A stretch of 63,874 nucleotides of DNA, filler included, from Octopus bimaculoides (GCF_001194135.2; 6 parts of 5 records of this genome joined end to end with filler, not necessarily neighbours in it), one strand, 5' to 3'; counted from the first letter of the whole stretch, positions 49,566 to 62,452 are shown. Translations and numbers: made by a program. The notes: a model not told the origin generated them from the letters alone.

Positions 49566-49665
49566 NNNNNNNNNNNNNNNNNNNNNNNNNNNNNNNNNNN
49601 NNNNNNNNNTTAATTAATTAANNNNNNNNNNNNNNNNNNNNNNNNNNNNNNNNNNNNNNNNNNNN
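49566..49665. other. Synthetic scaffold-join linker
   Basis: 44N-TTAATTAATTAA-44N. Confidence 0.95.
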
Positions 49666-50270
49666 TGTTAATTGAGAACTGGTGGCGGTGGTTCTTTGCT
49701 GTGCTAGCAGTGGTGACAGTGGTGGTGGTGGTACTGGTGGTGGCTACAATGGTGTCGCCCTTTGTGATTTTGGTTGTTACTGATGTCGTTGTTATTGTTG
49801 CTTTTATTGTTGCTGTTGTTGTTGTTGTTGGTGGTGGTGGTACTGGTGATAGTGCTGCTGGTAGTGGCGATGGTGGTGGTAATAGCGTTGCTGGTAGTGT
49901 TATTGTTCATGCCATCATCGCTGTCACTTATTCAATAAAAGATTTGGAAATGTTATATCGGTTCGTCGTCATTCTTGTTGTAAAAGGCGACGGCGGTGAA
50001 TTGAGAGAGTCGTTACAACGCTGGAAATAATACACCGCATCTAATCTAATTCCAATTCTCGGCACCGTGAGTTCAAATCCCGCCGAGTTCACTTCTACCT
50101 TTTATCCCTTTCATGAGTGGGAGGCGGACGATAAAACAACAATGGATTGGTAGGACTGTCAGGAAATCAAGCAAAGTGCCTTGCGGTATTTATTACGGCT
50201 CTTCGCATTCTGGCAGCATCGATTATTACGCCATTGAAGCGAAGGTGTGTCGGCCTTGGGCTTGAGTGAA

Positions 50271-50590
50271 GGCGCGTGGCTTAGTGGTTTAGGTATTTGG
50301 TTCACAATCGTAAGGTCGTGAGTTCGATTCCTGTCAGTACATTGCGTCCTTGAGCAAGACACTTTATTTCTCGCTGTACCTGTCCACTCAGCTGGCAAAA
50401 ATGAGGAGTACCTGTATTTCAAATTGACCAGCCATGTCACATTCTGTGTCGCATTGAATTTCCTTGGGGATTATGTTATGGATACGCATGTCCGTGGAAT
50501 GCTCAGCCATTTACACGTTAATTTCACGAACGGGCTATTCCGTTGATCGAATTAATTGGAACCCTCATCGTCGTAACCGACGGGGCACCA
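50271..50590 (+). mobile_element. tRNA-derived SINE family C, full length
   Basis: A box TGGCTTAGTGG, B box GAGTTCGATTCC, gtccttgagcaagacactttattt central module and tail cgtcgtaaccgac (also at about 5830-5845). Confidence 0.85.
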
Positions 50591-52312
50591 ATTGTAACAA
50601 CCCTAGTCGCTGAGCTTTCCTTTCGCTAAACTTCGATATCATTGAGTGAGACTGCTTGTATGCATGGACAACAGACGGTCTTCCTCAAGAAATCCTGCCT
50701 TGGTCTCCAATGGTGGCGGCGGTGGTTGTGGTGGTGGTGGCTACAATGGTGTCGCCGTTACCGACGCGACCATCTTTGTGATTTTGGTTTTCCTTTTATT
50801 TTTTTCATTTTATCTAGTTTCGGCTCATGAGCTGTGGCCATGCTGGGGCACCACCATTTGGTGTTGCTACATAATTTTACTTCACGAATGCTTTTCAGGA
50901 ATTGACATTTGGTGCATGAGAGAGTTTGATGCAGCTACCCTCATCTGCACCTCCTGCCGCGAAGTTGGTTCATCTGGGAACTATTGTTGATCTATGATCA
51001 ACAATGGCCGACAAAAGCTTCACATCTCATGGTTACTGTTGCCATCTTTGGTGTTGCCATTGTTGTTGTTGCTGGTGTTGTTGCTTACCTCTAGGTCAAG
51101 TTCAACTATGATCGCAGGAAGTCTAACCTTAGCCATCCCGATTATTCTCCCTGTATGCAAGGAAACGAAAATCCTGTTTTTGTTCCAATTCTTGATGAGG
51201 TTATAAAGTATGTTTCTAGAGAGATTCTGCTACTTTTTCTAGTAGGTCGAGCAACCACTCAGAAAAAGATACTTACCCAAGATGCTACGCAATGCGGCTG
51301 AACTCGGAACTATGTGTTTGGGAAGCAAGCTTCTTACCACACAGCCACAAAAGCTGGGCTTATTTTAGTTACCGTCAGTCAAAACCACTCAAAAGGCTTC
51401 AGGTGGCCTGAGGCTATAGCAGAAAACACTTGCCCAATATGCCACGCAGTGAAACTGAAGCCAGAACTATGTGGTTGAGAAGCAACGTCTTTTGTATGTA
51501 TATGTAAGGCATTTANNNNNNNNNNNNNNNNNNNNNNNNNNNNNNNNNNNNNNNNNNNNNNNNNNNNNNNNNNNNNNNNNNNNNNNNNNNNNNNNNNNNN
51601 NNNNNNNNNNNNNNNNNNNNNNNNNNNNNNNNNNNNNNNNNNNNNNNNNNNNNNNNNNNNNNNNNNNNNNNNNNNNNNNNNNNNNNNNNNNNNNNNNNNN
51701 NNNNNNNNNNNNNNNNNNNNNNNNNNNNNNNNNNNNNNNNNNNNNNNNNNNNNNNNNNNNNNNNNNNNNNNNNNNNNNNNNNNNNNNNNNNNNNNNNNNN
51801 NNNNNNNNNNNNNNNNNNNNNNNNNNNNNNNNNNNNNNNNNNNNNNNNNNNNNNNNNNNNNNNNNNNNNNNNNNNNNNNNNNNNNNNNNNNNNNNNNNNN
51901 NNNNNNNNNNNNNNNNNNNNNNNNNNNNNNNNNNNNNNNNNNNNNNNNNNNNNNNNNNNNNNNNNNNNNNNNNNNNNNNNNNNNNNNNNNNNNNNNNNNN
52001 NNNNNNNNNNNNNNNNNNNNNNNNNNNNNNNNNNNNNNNNNNNNNNNNNNNNNNNNNNNNNNNNNNNNNNNNNNNNNNNNNNNNNNNNNNNNNNNNNNNN
52101 NNNNNNNNNNNNNNNNNNNNNNNNNNNNNNNNNNNNNNNNNNNNNNNNNNNNNNNNNNNNNNNNNNNNNNNNNNNNNNNNNNNNNNNNNNNNNNNNNNNN
52201 NNNNNNNNNNNNNNNNNNNNNNNNNNNNNNNNNNNNNNNNNNNNNNNNNNNNNNNNNNNNNNNNNNNNNNNNNNNNNNNNNNNNNNNNNNNNNNNNNNNN
52301 NNNNNNNNNNNN

Positions 52313-52353
<41 letters not shown>

Positions 52354-52613
52354 CACATATTGGTGTGTATATGAACATGTATATGTATATATGTATATAT
52401 GGATGCATGTATATGGATGCATGTATATATGGATGCATGTATTCGTATATATATGGCATAGTTTTCGTTGTGATCTTTTTCTAAAGCTCAGCACGGTATC
52501 CATGGTCGTTCAGCCACCTACAGCCAATCGCGTGTTCATATTTATGCATATATCTATGTTTGTGAGTATCGTGTGAGTGTGTACACGTGTGTATGTCTGA
52601 ATTATGTGTGTGT

Positions 52614-52657
<44 letters not shown>

Positions 52658-52786
52658 GACAGTGAGAGAAGTGGGGATAGATAAGTTAAGAGATTGATAC
52701 GTTGGTATATATATCGATAGACAGATGTATAGATACGTATAGTACAAGATATATTTGTGGTTTGTGTGTGTGTGTGTGCGTGCGAA

Positions 52787-52829
<43 letters not shown>

Positions 52830-52938
52830 ATACATATGCTAATATACATGTATATAATACAAGCTTATGAGTGTGTATGTGTGCGTGTTTGAGTAAAAGG
52901 GTGCATATGATGTTTATGCTCATTTTATAGATAGATAA

Positions 52939-52998
<60 letters not shown>

Positions 52999-53770
52999 GC
53001 AGGTAGACGTAGAGGTATACGTGTTTTCCAATGAGTGTTTCTATTATGTGTATTCAAACACAGACGCTGTTTATTTCATGGAAATTTTTAGCAGCTTCGA
53101 CGTAGTTTTTCTTCACATCTCTGCAACTGACAATAACTACGAAATTTGAAAAGCACTTATACAACACACAGTGAATAGTATCAGTAGCTGTTCGTGGCAG
53201 CAGTAAAGCCGCCATATTGATTTCAAGCAAGACAACAATTCTTTCACATAACAAATGCTGAATGAATGTTTAATAACCAGTTGGTGGTGTTTTTAATGCT
53301 TTTGTTTAGCCTGCATGTCAGAGCTGATGGAGCACAACTATAATCAAAGGCGTTACAACCATGACCACCACGATTCCGTTTTTGTATATCTAGTATTACA
53401 CTGTCTATTCAATTCAATATGTTCTCCCGTTTTCCAAGCCACCTGGCATGTGATTTGAATATGATTTGGTTATTATTTCTTTGCTCGAGGTTGTCTGGAA
53501 TTAATTAGTTGTTATAGGGTCTCCGCATGCCAGAGCTAATCGAGCACAGCTGTAGTCAAAGACGTTACTTCCATGACCATTTCGTCTTTAGTATATCTGG
53601 GCTTACATCGTTCGATATATCCGTTTAATATGTGGCTTGAATGATGTGATTTAACTACTATTTCTCTCCACCAGAAAGCCTGGTATTTATAAGCTGTATT
53701 ATAGTAACTTCTGTCAGTCAACGTGGACCATGTATCAGCAATGGTATGTGCAAAGCTCATACGATTTTTC

Positions 53771-54214
53771 GGAGTGGCTGTGTGATAGGTAGCTTGCTCA
53801 CCAACCCCATGGTTCCGGGTTCACTCCCACTGCGTAGCATCTTGGGCAAGTGTCTTCTACTATAGCCTCGGGCTGACCAAAGCCTTGTGAGTGGATTTGG
53901 TAGACGGAAACTGAAAGAAGCCCGTCGTATATATGTATATATATATATATATATATGTATATGTATATATATATATATGTGTATGTGTGTGTGAGTGTGT
54001 GTGTGTGTATGTATCTGTGTCTGTGTTTGTCCCCCCACCATCGCTTGACAACCGATGCTGGTGTGTTTACGTCCCCGTAACTCAGCGGTTCGGCAAAAAG
54101 AGACCGATAGAATAAGTACTAGGCTTACAAAGAATAAGTCCTGGGGTCGAATTTCTCGACCAAAGGCGGTGCTCCAGCATGGCCGCAGTCAAATGACTGA
54201 AACAAGTGAAAGAG
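53771..54214 (+). mobile_element. SINE family B, best-preserved full-length copy
   Basis: Head ggagtggctgtgtgatagg...ggttccgggttcactcc, CORE-like catcttgggcaagtgtctt, internal (TA/TG)n, tail ggcggtgctccagcatggccgcagtcaaatgactgaaacaag. Further partial copies lie near 16088, 26995, 29839, 31228, 33408, 35060, 35420, 40680, 44430, 44855, 51250, 51375, 61280 and 62350. Confidence 0.9.
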
Positions 54215-54856
54215 TTACACTGACATACAAATTTCCCCTCTCCACACCATCGATATTTATCCAACAGAAATGCTGCTACCTTGGACCGGTATTGTCAGAA
54301 GAATTATTGTGAGAACACAAAGAGCGGAAACAATTCNNNNNNNNNNNNNNNNNNNNNNNNNNNNNNNNNNNNNNNNNNNNNNNNNNNNNNNNNNNNNNNN
54401 NNNNNNNNNNNNNNNNNNNNNNNNNNNNNNNNNNNNNNNNNNNNNNNNNNNNNNNNNNNNNNNNNNNNNNNNNNNNNNNNNNNNNNNNNNNNNNNNNNNN
54501 NNNNNNNNNNNNNNNNNNNNNNNNNNNNNNNNNNNNNNNNNNNNNNNNNNNNNNNNNNNNNNNNNNNNNNNNNNNNNNNNNNNNNNNNNNNNNNNNNNNN
54601 NNNNNNNNNNNNNNNNNNNNNNNNNNNNNNNNNNNNNNNNNNNNNNNNNNNNNNNNNNNNNNNNNNNNNNNNNNNNNNNNNNNNNNNNNNNNNNNNNNNN
54701 NNNNNNNNNNNNNNNNNNNNNNNNNNNNNNNNNNNNNNNNNNNNNNNNNNNNNNNNNNNNNNNNNNNNNNNNNNNNNNNNNNNNNNNNNNNNNNNNNNNN
54801 NNNNNNNNNNNNNNNNNNNNNNNNNNNNNNNNNNNNNNNNNNNNNNNNNNNNNNNN

Positions 54857-54902
<46 letters not shown>

Positions 54903-56089
54903 GTGTGTGTGTGTATCTGTGTGTGTATCTGTGTGTGTATATGTGTGTGTTCTCCTCTAGGCACGGTTTTCATATCCACCATTAAAGGTATTTGATTCCT
55001 GTTCTATAGATATTTGTTGAAATATATGAAAAAAATTAAAAAATCTGAAAAATTGGCTTTTGTGTAAAGTGCCACTGGGAATATCTTTATTTCTCGCAGT
55101 ATAAGGAAAGTTTGGTTTTTTTTTTTAATCAAAATTGTTGGGTGAAATCGTTTTCTGGAGTTACAATTTTGAGCGGTTATATCCGCTTTTCTCACGTTCA
55201 AGGGGATAAATGTGATATATCGAATACATCACCTAGTTTAATACCCCCAACACCATTACCACCTGATTTCGTGGGGCGTGCCTTTTGCGGAGTTCGCAAA
55301 TGTTACTAGCATCTAAAGCAGATTCTTTCCCCCATCACCCCCCACTGGGCTCACCACCTCGCCTGCCATTCCACCATTTTTTTCTGCAGATATTGTCTGG
55401 CAGATGTTTAGGTTGGATGTTAGCCACATCAGTCTCTCAAAGTGAAAGTGTGAACAGCAAAGGTCATAGCCACGGCCCTCCCAGCAGACTATCTCTGGCA
55501 AACTTATATAAAAAAAAACACACCGTGTTGTTTAGGTTGCTGTTTAACTCCAACTCAATATTAACTGAGACTACCTATGATCAAAAGTGTTCCAGATACG
55601 ATTATCCTGTTTTATAACCAAGATATAGGACTATATCCAACATTAACATCTTCCTGATTTAAAACGGGAGCGTATAATTTGAGGAAAATTTTGTTTTTTA
55701 TTTCTAGCAAGCCAAGGGACCACATGGAGGTCCTTTTCTTAAGCTCAAATGTTTCGACGTATTTAGCCCTGGTTGTAATTTCATATTTTGCTGTTACTTC
55801 ATCGCCTTACTCTCTACAGTACTAAATTCTTCATTTAAAATGCAAGGCATATCATATTGAATAAACATAAAATTTTAAACAATGTCAATTTTATGCACAA
55901 CACAGCTCCAATTAAAACTGGAATAAATTGAAATATTAACTTACTCTGGGTTAAATAAGAATGTAAACGCATTCTGCAATTGCACCCATGCTGTGAAAAA
56001 TGCAAAGCGGCTCTACCACAGGATTTTTCTCTGCATGGACAGACAAAAATGGTATCAAATCGACCAGTCGCTAATCTTATCTCTACAGA

Positions 56090-56422
56090 AGAAAAAAACG
56101 TCCCCGTGTCGTCTTCCCTTCTTTTATGCAACAAGAACGATCCGTTTCTGGACCGGATTGTGACTTGCGATGAAAAGTGGATTCTTTACGACAACCGGCG
56201 ACGCTCAGCTCAGAGGTTGGACGCCGACGAAGCTCCACGGCACTTCCCGAAGCCAAAGTTGCACCAAAAGAAGGTCATGGTGACTGTTTGGTGGTCTGCG
56301 GCCGGCTTCATCAATCACAGCTTTTTGAATCCAGGCGAAGCCATTATGGTGGAGAAGTACTGTCAGCAAATGGATGAAATGCATTGGTCAATAGAAAAAG
56401 ACCAATTCTTCTCCACGACAAC
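56090..56422 (+). mobile_element. Mariner transposase catalytic-domain fragment (Hsmar1/SETMAR-like), cut by a gap
   Basis: [27 protein letters not shown]...[15 protein letters not shown]...YCQQMDEMH, then after a frameshifting deletion near 56384, [12 protein letters not shown]. Confidence 0.92.
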
Positions 56423-57759
56423 NNNNNNNNNNNNNNNNNNNNNNNNNNNNNNNNNNNNNNNNNNNNNNNNNNNNNNNNNNNNNNNNNNNNNNNNNNNNNN
56501 NNNNNNNNNNNNNNNNNNNNNNNNNNNNNNNNNNNNNNNNNNNNNNNNNNNNNNNNNNNNNNNNNNNNNNNNNNNNNNNNNNNNNNNNNNNNNNNNNNNN
56601 NNNNNNNNNNNNNNNNNNNNNNNNNNNNNNNNNNNNNNNNNNNNNNNNNNNNNNNNNNNNNNNNNNNNNNNNNNNNNNNNNNNNNNNNNNNNNNNNNNNN
56701 NNNNNNNNNNNNNNNNNNNNNNNNNNNNNNNNNNNNNNNNNNNNNNNNNNNNNNNNNNNNNNNNNNNNNNNNNNNNNNNNNNNNNNNNNNNNNNNNNNNN
56801 NNNNNNNNNNNNNNNNNNNNNNNNNNNNNNNNNNNNNNNNNNNNNNNNNNNNNNNNNNNNNNNNNNNNNNNNNNNNNNNNNNNNNNNNNNNNNNNNNNNN
56901 NNNNNNNNNNNNNATATCGTCAGTGGATCATATATCTGATAAAGAAGCACACTCGAAAATTTAGTAATGTATTTACATGAAGTTAAATATATGTCCAGTC
57001 ATAGAGTCACCAATGGTTTCGCATCCATAAAGCGCTTATGTATATGTGTGTGTATGTATATATATATATATATATATATATGAATGTATATATACACACA
57101 TACATACATACATACATACTTTTGTACACACACGCACACACTCTCATATACACATACACATACACACGCACACACACACATACACACGTATATATGCGAT
57201 TGGATTTGAACTCACAGCATAGAGAGACAAAATGAAGGAGGTGGAGAGAGAGAATGAAATGTAAATACGAAGAAACAAATTTAGAAAAAAGAAGGAAAGA
57301 GAAAGAGGGAAATTGAATGAGACCAAAGAAAGCGAAAGTGTAAGAAAAAAATGGCAGAACGAAAGAGTAAGAAAAATTGCAACAAAGAATAAAGAATAAA
57401 GAATAAAGAATAATTGTTAATTTTGAAAGAAGTTATACGAAAAAGATATGAATAGGACGAATGAGAGAGGGAGCACAATTGGACAAAGAGAGAATGAAAG
57501 AGAGTGAATAGTAAAAGCTAACGGGAGAAAAAAAGGAGAGGAAGAAGAGAATGGAGAGAGATAAATGTTAAATTGGGAGGGAAAGATGAGAGAAAATTAG
57601 AGAAATATATAAAGGAAAGACAACTCCAAGAGTAAACGGCAATAAATAAATTAATAAAGATTTAAACGTGAAAGTTAATTCAATATAACAATTATTGTTA
57701 TTTAGTAACTGTGCTAGATAATTATATTAATTTTAAAACATATTTAATGGACACGCGTT

Positions 57760-57886
57760 TTTGCTATTATTATTATTATTATTATTGTTGTTGTTGTTGT
57801 TGTTGTTATTATTTTTATTATTATTATCATTATTATTATTGAATAAAAATAAAATAATAATAGTGATGATAATAATAATGATGATG

Positions 57887-57969
<83 letters not shown>

Positions 57970-58112
57970 CTGTTATTTCTTTTCCACTTTTTTAGAATTA
58001 GTGATTGAATAATAATTTTGATAAAAATAAATAAAACAAGAACTACTAAAACACCAACAGCAACAACAATATTAATAACAGCAACAACATCAACAACAAA
58101 AACAATAGTAAC

Positions 58113-58159
<47 letters not shown>

Positions 58160-58180
58160 TAATAATAATAATAATAATAA

Positions 58181-58211
<31 letters not shown>

Positions 58212-58247
58212 AAGAAGAAGAAGAAGAAGAAGAAGAAGAAGAAGAAG

Positions 58248-58282
<35 letters not shown>

Positions 58283-58343
58283 AAAAAAAAAAANNNNNNN
58301 NNNNNNNNNNNNNNNNNNNNNNNNNNNNNNNNNNNNNNNNAAG

Positions 58344-58376
<33 letters not shown>

Positions 58377-58384
58377 AAAAAAAA

Positions 58385-58422
<38 letters not shown>

Positions 58423-58440
58423 TAATAATAATAATGAAAT
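57760..58440. repeat. Compound trinucleotide block (TTA/TTG/AAT/AAG/AAC)n
   Basis: Seen directly. Confidence 0.95.
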
Positions 58441-58815
58441 GGAGCAAAAAAATACAGCAAACTATTGATTGGAAAGGGATATATTTTTCTCGGGTGGGAT
58501 GGGTAATTAGAATATTGATGTAAAACGAAAAATCGGGAAGAGAAGAAAATTAACGGTTATTAAAGACGAACACAAACATTTTAAAATGTATGAAATTGTC
58601 TTCGAGACAAATGGCCTTAAGTCTCACCACGCAAAATCCGACATACAAACACATATACTCCACACATTCACGTCCGTTTACACTCATGCACAAACATGTA
58701 CACCACCTCAAAAAGATAGAAATATATACAAGCAAATGGAAACACACACGCTTATGAATATGTATAGGAAAACGCATGCTATCTATCTATCTATCTATCT
58801 ATCTATCTGTCTATT

Positions 58816-58846
<31 letters not shown>

Positions 58847-59996
58847 CTATCTGTCTATTTATCTATCTATTTATCTGTTTATCTATCTATATATCTATCT
58901 ATCTGTTTATTTATTTATCTATCTGTTATCTACTCATCTATCTATTTATCTATCTATTTATATATCTATTTCTATTTATCTACCTATCTATCAATCGGTA
59001 TGTGACTGAGAGTCTTCGTGATATACAACAGAATATAGCCATATATCTATATATTTTTAACTAGCTTTCCATGTCTAGACAGATATATAAACCTCTATAT
59101 ATAGATCTTTGGCTCCAAAAGAAGAAGCAACAACCGGACTGGTTTTAGTCCTGTGCTGGACATTCAGTAGTAACTTAATATTTAATTTATGTGCTCCTGG
59201 TGAAAATGCTCACACTCACTTTGTTACTAAAGGCTTAAATAAGTTGGGTCGATTGACCTGCATATATAACATTCTTGGCAGCTTGTTTCTGATACATTAC
59301 CATATTTTAAACGAAAATATATCTATAGATTTTAGACATTGCTGTCTCTGTAGACAGCTATAATACAACTTCGTGGACGAAAAGAACAATGAGTATCTAC
59401 ATCTTCGTGGACATCAGTGACTGAGGATCCACTTCTACTATGCATTGAGTCATTCTTAATATACTCAACTGAGGCTTACAGGCAGTCCGTTGATCCTTTG
59501 TTTTCTTTCTCTCCCTGGAATGGTAAAAGTTCGTGTTTACAAACGAAAAACAAATTAATCACTACATGCATAAAATAGACTTTGTATATTATATTTGGAA
59601 GTTAAAATTCTAGAATCATTACTCCGAAATTTTAAACTCTGGTAGACATTTAAACAATTGAAGTCGAGAAGTAGCTTAACAATATGTTAGCGAAATATTC
59701 GTAAACATATCGAAATGCGATTACTTATTTGGATTTCTTCCATTGTCAAACGAAAAGTAATAGACCAGTGAATACGTCAATCACAAATTCATTTAGTCAA
59801 TTACCGTAAGTAGAACACGTGATATATTAGCATATTCGTTTCCAATAACACGTGATATTTCCATGTCTGCGGGGAACAAAAGCATAAAACTCACTAAAAC
59901 AAAGAAACGGTTATTGTTTAAAGTTGTTAATACACATATACATATAAACGTATACATAGATCTATAGTTGTAAATATATATATATATATATATATA

Positions 59997-60096
59997 NNNN
60001 NNNNNNNNNNNNNNNNNNNNNNNNNNNNNNNNNNNNNNNNTTAATTAATTAANNNNNNNNNNNNNNNNNNNNNNNNNNNNNNNNNNNNNNNNNNNN
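59997..60096. other. Synthetic scaffold-join linker
   Basis: 44N-TTAATTAATTAA-44N. Confidence 0.95.
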
Positions 60097-60134
<38 letters not shown>

Positions 60135-60649
60135 GAGATATTTTAATATTTGATAATAACCAACGCTATATATTAATTAGTGGAAACTATTCTTTATGAT
60201 ATTCGTACACGTACCTTCTGACACGCTAATAGAACAAACCGCCTTTGATAATGGCTACATGTGTTACTGTGTAAAATTTTTTGAGAAGCAGAAAATAAGT
60301 TCTTCGTTTGCATTCATAGAAAAAATTGCTTTATACATACATACATACATGCATGCATATATATATATGAGTGTATATAAGTGATTATATATATATATAT
60401 ATTTATATATATATGTAAATATTTAGTATAAGATCTTGATTCAATGAATCCTACGGTTATCACAGTAAGCTCCTCTTACGCACTCGGTTATCAGTCTATG
60501 TACAAAGTAGTGTAATATCAAGAATCTATGTAACTGTCACTTGCCATAAGATCAGCTGAACTGAAACGTGCTTAAGAAACGTTCCGGCCGATATTATTTT
60601 ATCAAGTATGTCTATACATTATGTCACAGGTTCGGGAACCAAAGGTTTA

Positions 60650-61229
60650 TTGTTGTTATTATTATTATTATTATTATTGTTCAGTAGTTTTATTTTTATA
60701 ACGTGCTTTCACTTCACTACCGAGCGCAGCTCTGTGCGCCTTGGGTATGTGCTGTGGTTTGCTGTGATGCTCTTATGGTTACTATATTGAAAGTGTTTTG
60801 CGTAGGATGTGTGCAGTGTCCAGTAGTGCAATTTTCTGTATGTTATATATATTTGTAAGTCCTGGTGTTTTTGTTATGTATTTGTCTGAATATTATTTTT
60901 TATTATACCTAAGGCACCTACTATAATAGGAATTGTTTCTGTTTTTAGATTCCACATTCGAGTTACCTCTATTTCCAGGTCTTTGTATTTTGAAAGTTTT
61001 TCCATTTCTTTTAGGGAAACGTTGTCATCTGCTGGTATTGATACATCAATTAGAAAGCATTTTTTTCTTCATTATCTTTGACAACTATATCTGGCCTATT
61101 TGCCTTAATTTCTCTATCTGTGTGTATTGGCATATCCCAGAGTATGGTTGCTTTCTCGTTTTTTATGGTTGCTTTCTCGTTTTTTATGGTTGCTTTCTCG
61201 TTTTTTTATGGTTGCTTTCTCGTTTTTTA

Positions 61230-61230
<1 letters not shown>
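60650..61230 (-). mobile_element. 5'-truncated R4/Dong-like LINE 3' end, (TAA)n on both sides
   Basis: Colinear with 34316-34730 (aacgtgctttcact, gagcgcagctctgtg, ggcatatcccagagta). (TTA)n at 60655-60678 and 61229-61282. Confidence 0.85.
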
Positions 61231-61283
<53 letters not shown>

Positions 61284-61466
61284 GGTGGGTGTGGAGAGGC
61301 ACTTAAAAGGCGTGAAAAATCCTGTTCGCAAAGAAACTGATCGAATAAGTACTATGCTCAAAACAAAACCTAAATACTAGGATCGATTCACACGACTAAA
61401 ACTCTAAGGCTGTGCCCCAGCATGGCCGCATTCTAATGAGTGAAATAAGTAAAAGAAGTAACATAT

Positions 61467-61518
<52 letters not shown>

Positions 61519-61589
61519 TATAAATAATATATATATATATGCATATATACTTATGTACATGTACATACCTACATGTATATATATATACA

Positions 61590-61935
61590 CATGCATATAT
61601 GGGTACAGGACGTCATAAAAACGTGAACAACATGAAAAACGAGAATATGAATAAAGAAAAACATGGAAAACGAAGTTTTTTTTTCGAACAACGAAAGAAA
61701 CAAATGGAGAAACAAGACAGGCAATATAAAGAACAATCTCTTCATCAGTTGTCCCCTGTTTTATCTACTCCGCATTTCGAACGTTTAGGACAAGATGCGT
61801 CTTCATCAAACAGTCGTTCCCGCAAAGCAAATTAAATAAAATTTGGGATATGCGGAGGGTTAAAGTGGTAACAAAAACAGGACAGCAAAAACAAAACAGT
61901 AAAAACCAAACGGTAAGGGTCGTTAAGCCATAACG
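61590..61935 (-). mobile_element. Penelope-like pLTR fragment with degenerate hammerhead
   Basis: Minus 61813-61765 reads CUGU UUGAUGA AGACG...CGUUC GAAA UGCGGA GUAG. Same family as 31490-31705 and 63074-63215. Confidence 0.55.
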
Positions 61936-62452
61936 AGGTGAAGTGGTGAATGCTGGAGAAACACACTTTGACAGGAGACAGGCAAAAATGAGTGTTGTCT
62001 CTTGTAGCGTAAGGAGGAGAAAGTAAGATAGCCGCTGGTCACGTTTGAGGAACAAGAGCGTCTCAAGGAGGAAGAGTGAGGGAGAGAGAGAGGGAGAGAT
62101 AGAGAACGGTGAAGGGGGAGGAGAAGAATTAGAGAAATGGTGGGAAAGAAAAAAGAAGAAAGGAAGAAGAAGAAGAAGAAGAAGAAGGAGAAGAAGAAGA
62201 AGAAGAAGAAGAAGAAGAAGAAGAAGAAGAGAGGGAGAATAGAGATAGTGATAGGATAGTGATATAAATGTCACATCGGAATTATTAAGATAAAACTTAC
62301 TTGGAAATGGACGCGTGGCGTTCGATCATATAATGATATAAATAATATATGCGCAAGTGTCTTCTACTATAGCCTCGGACCGACCAAAGCCTTGTGAGTG
62401 GATTTGGTAGACGGAAACTGAAAGAAGCCCGTCGCATATATGTATATGTATA

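Noticed and set aside
49736-50789. ~40-bp repeat ggtggtggctacaatggtgtcgcc...ctttgtgattttggtt at 49736 and 50733
   Set aside because: Real, but embedded in (GGT/GTT)n low-complexity DNA. Most likely a local slippage duplication with no further signal.
53054-53254. YY1-like GCCGCCATATT (53208-53218) at an ATG GCG start, as a possible first exon
   Set aside because: A single short motif, no convincing donor and an unrecognisable peptide. Too weak to support.
55980-56422. Intact SETMAR-like host gene
   Set aside because: No SET domain, a frameshift before the second catalytic aspartate, and the remainder lies in a gap.
57744-58460. Poly-L/I/R/T/Y and (YI)n/(HT)n/(CV)n ORFs throughout the window
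   Set aside because: These are translations of di- and trinucleotide microsatellites.
61737-61752. Additional CUGAUGAAG half-sites (also near 31570, 1364, 7085 and 29413)
   Set aside because: No correctly placed GAAA box or stems, so they are not counted as ribozymes.
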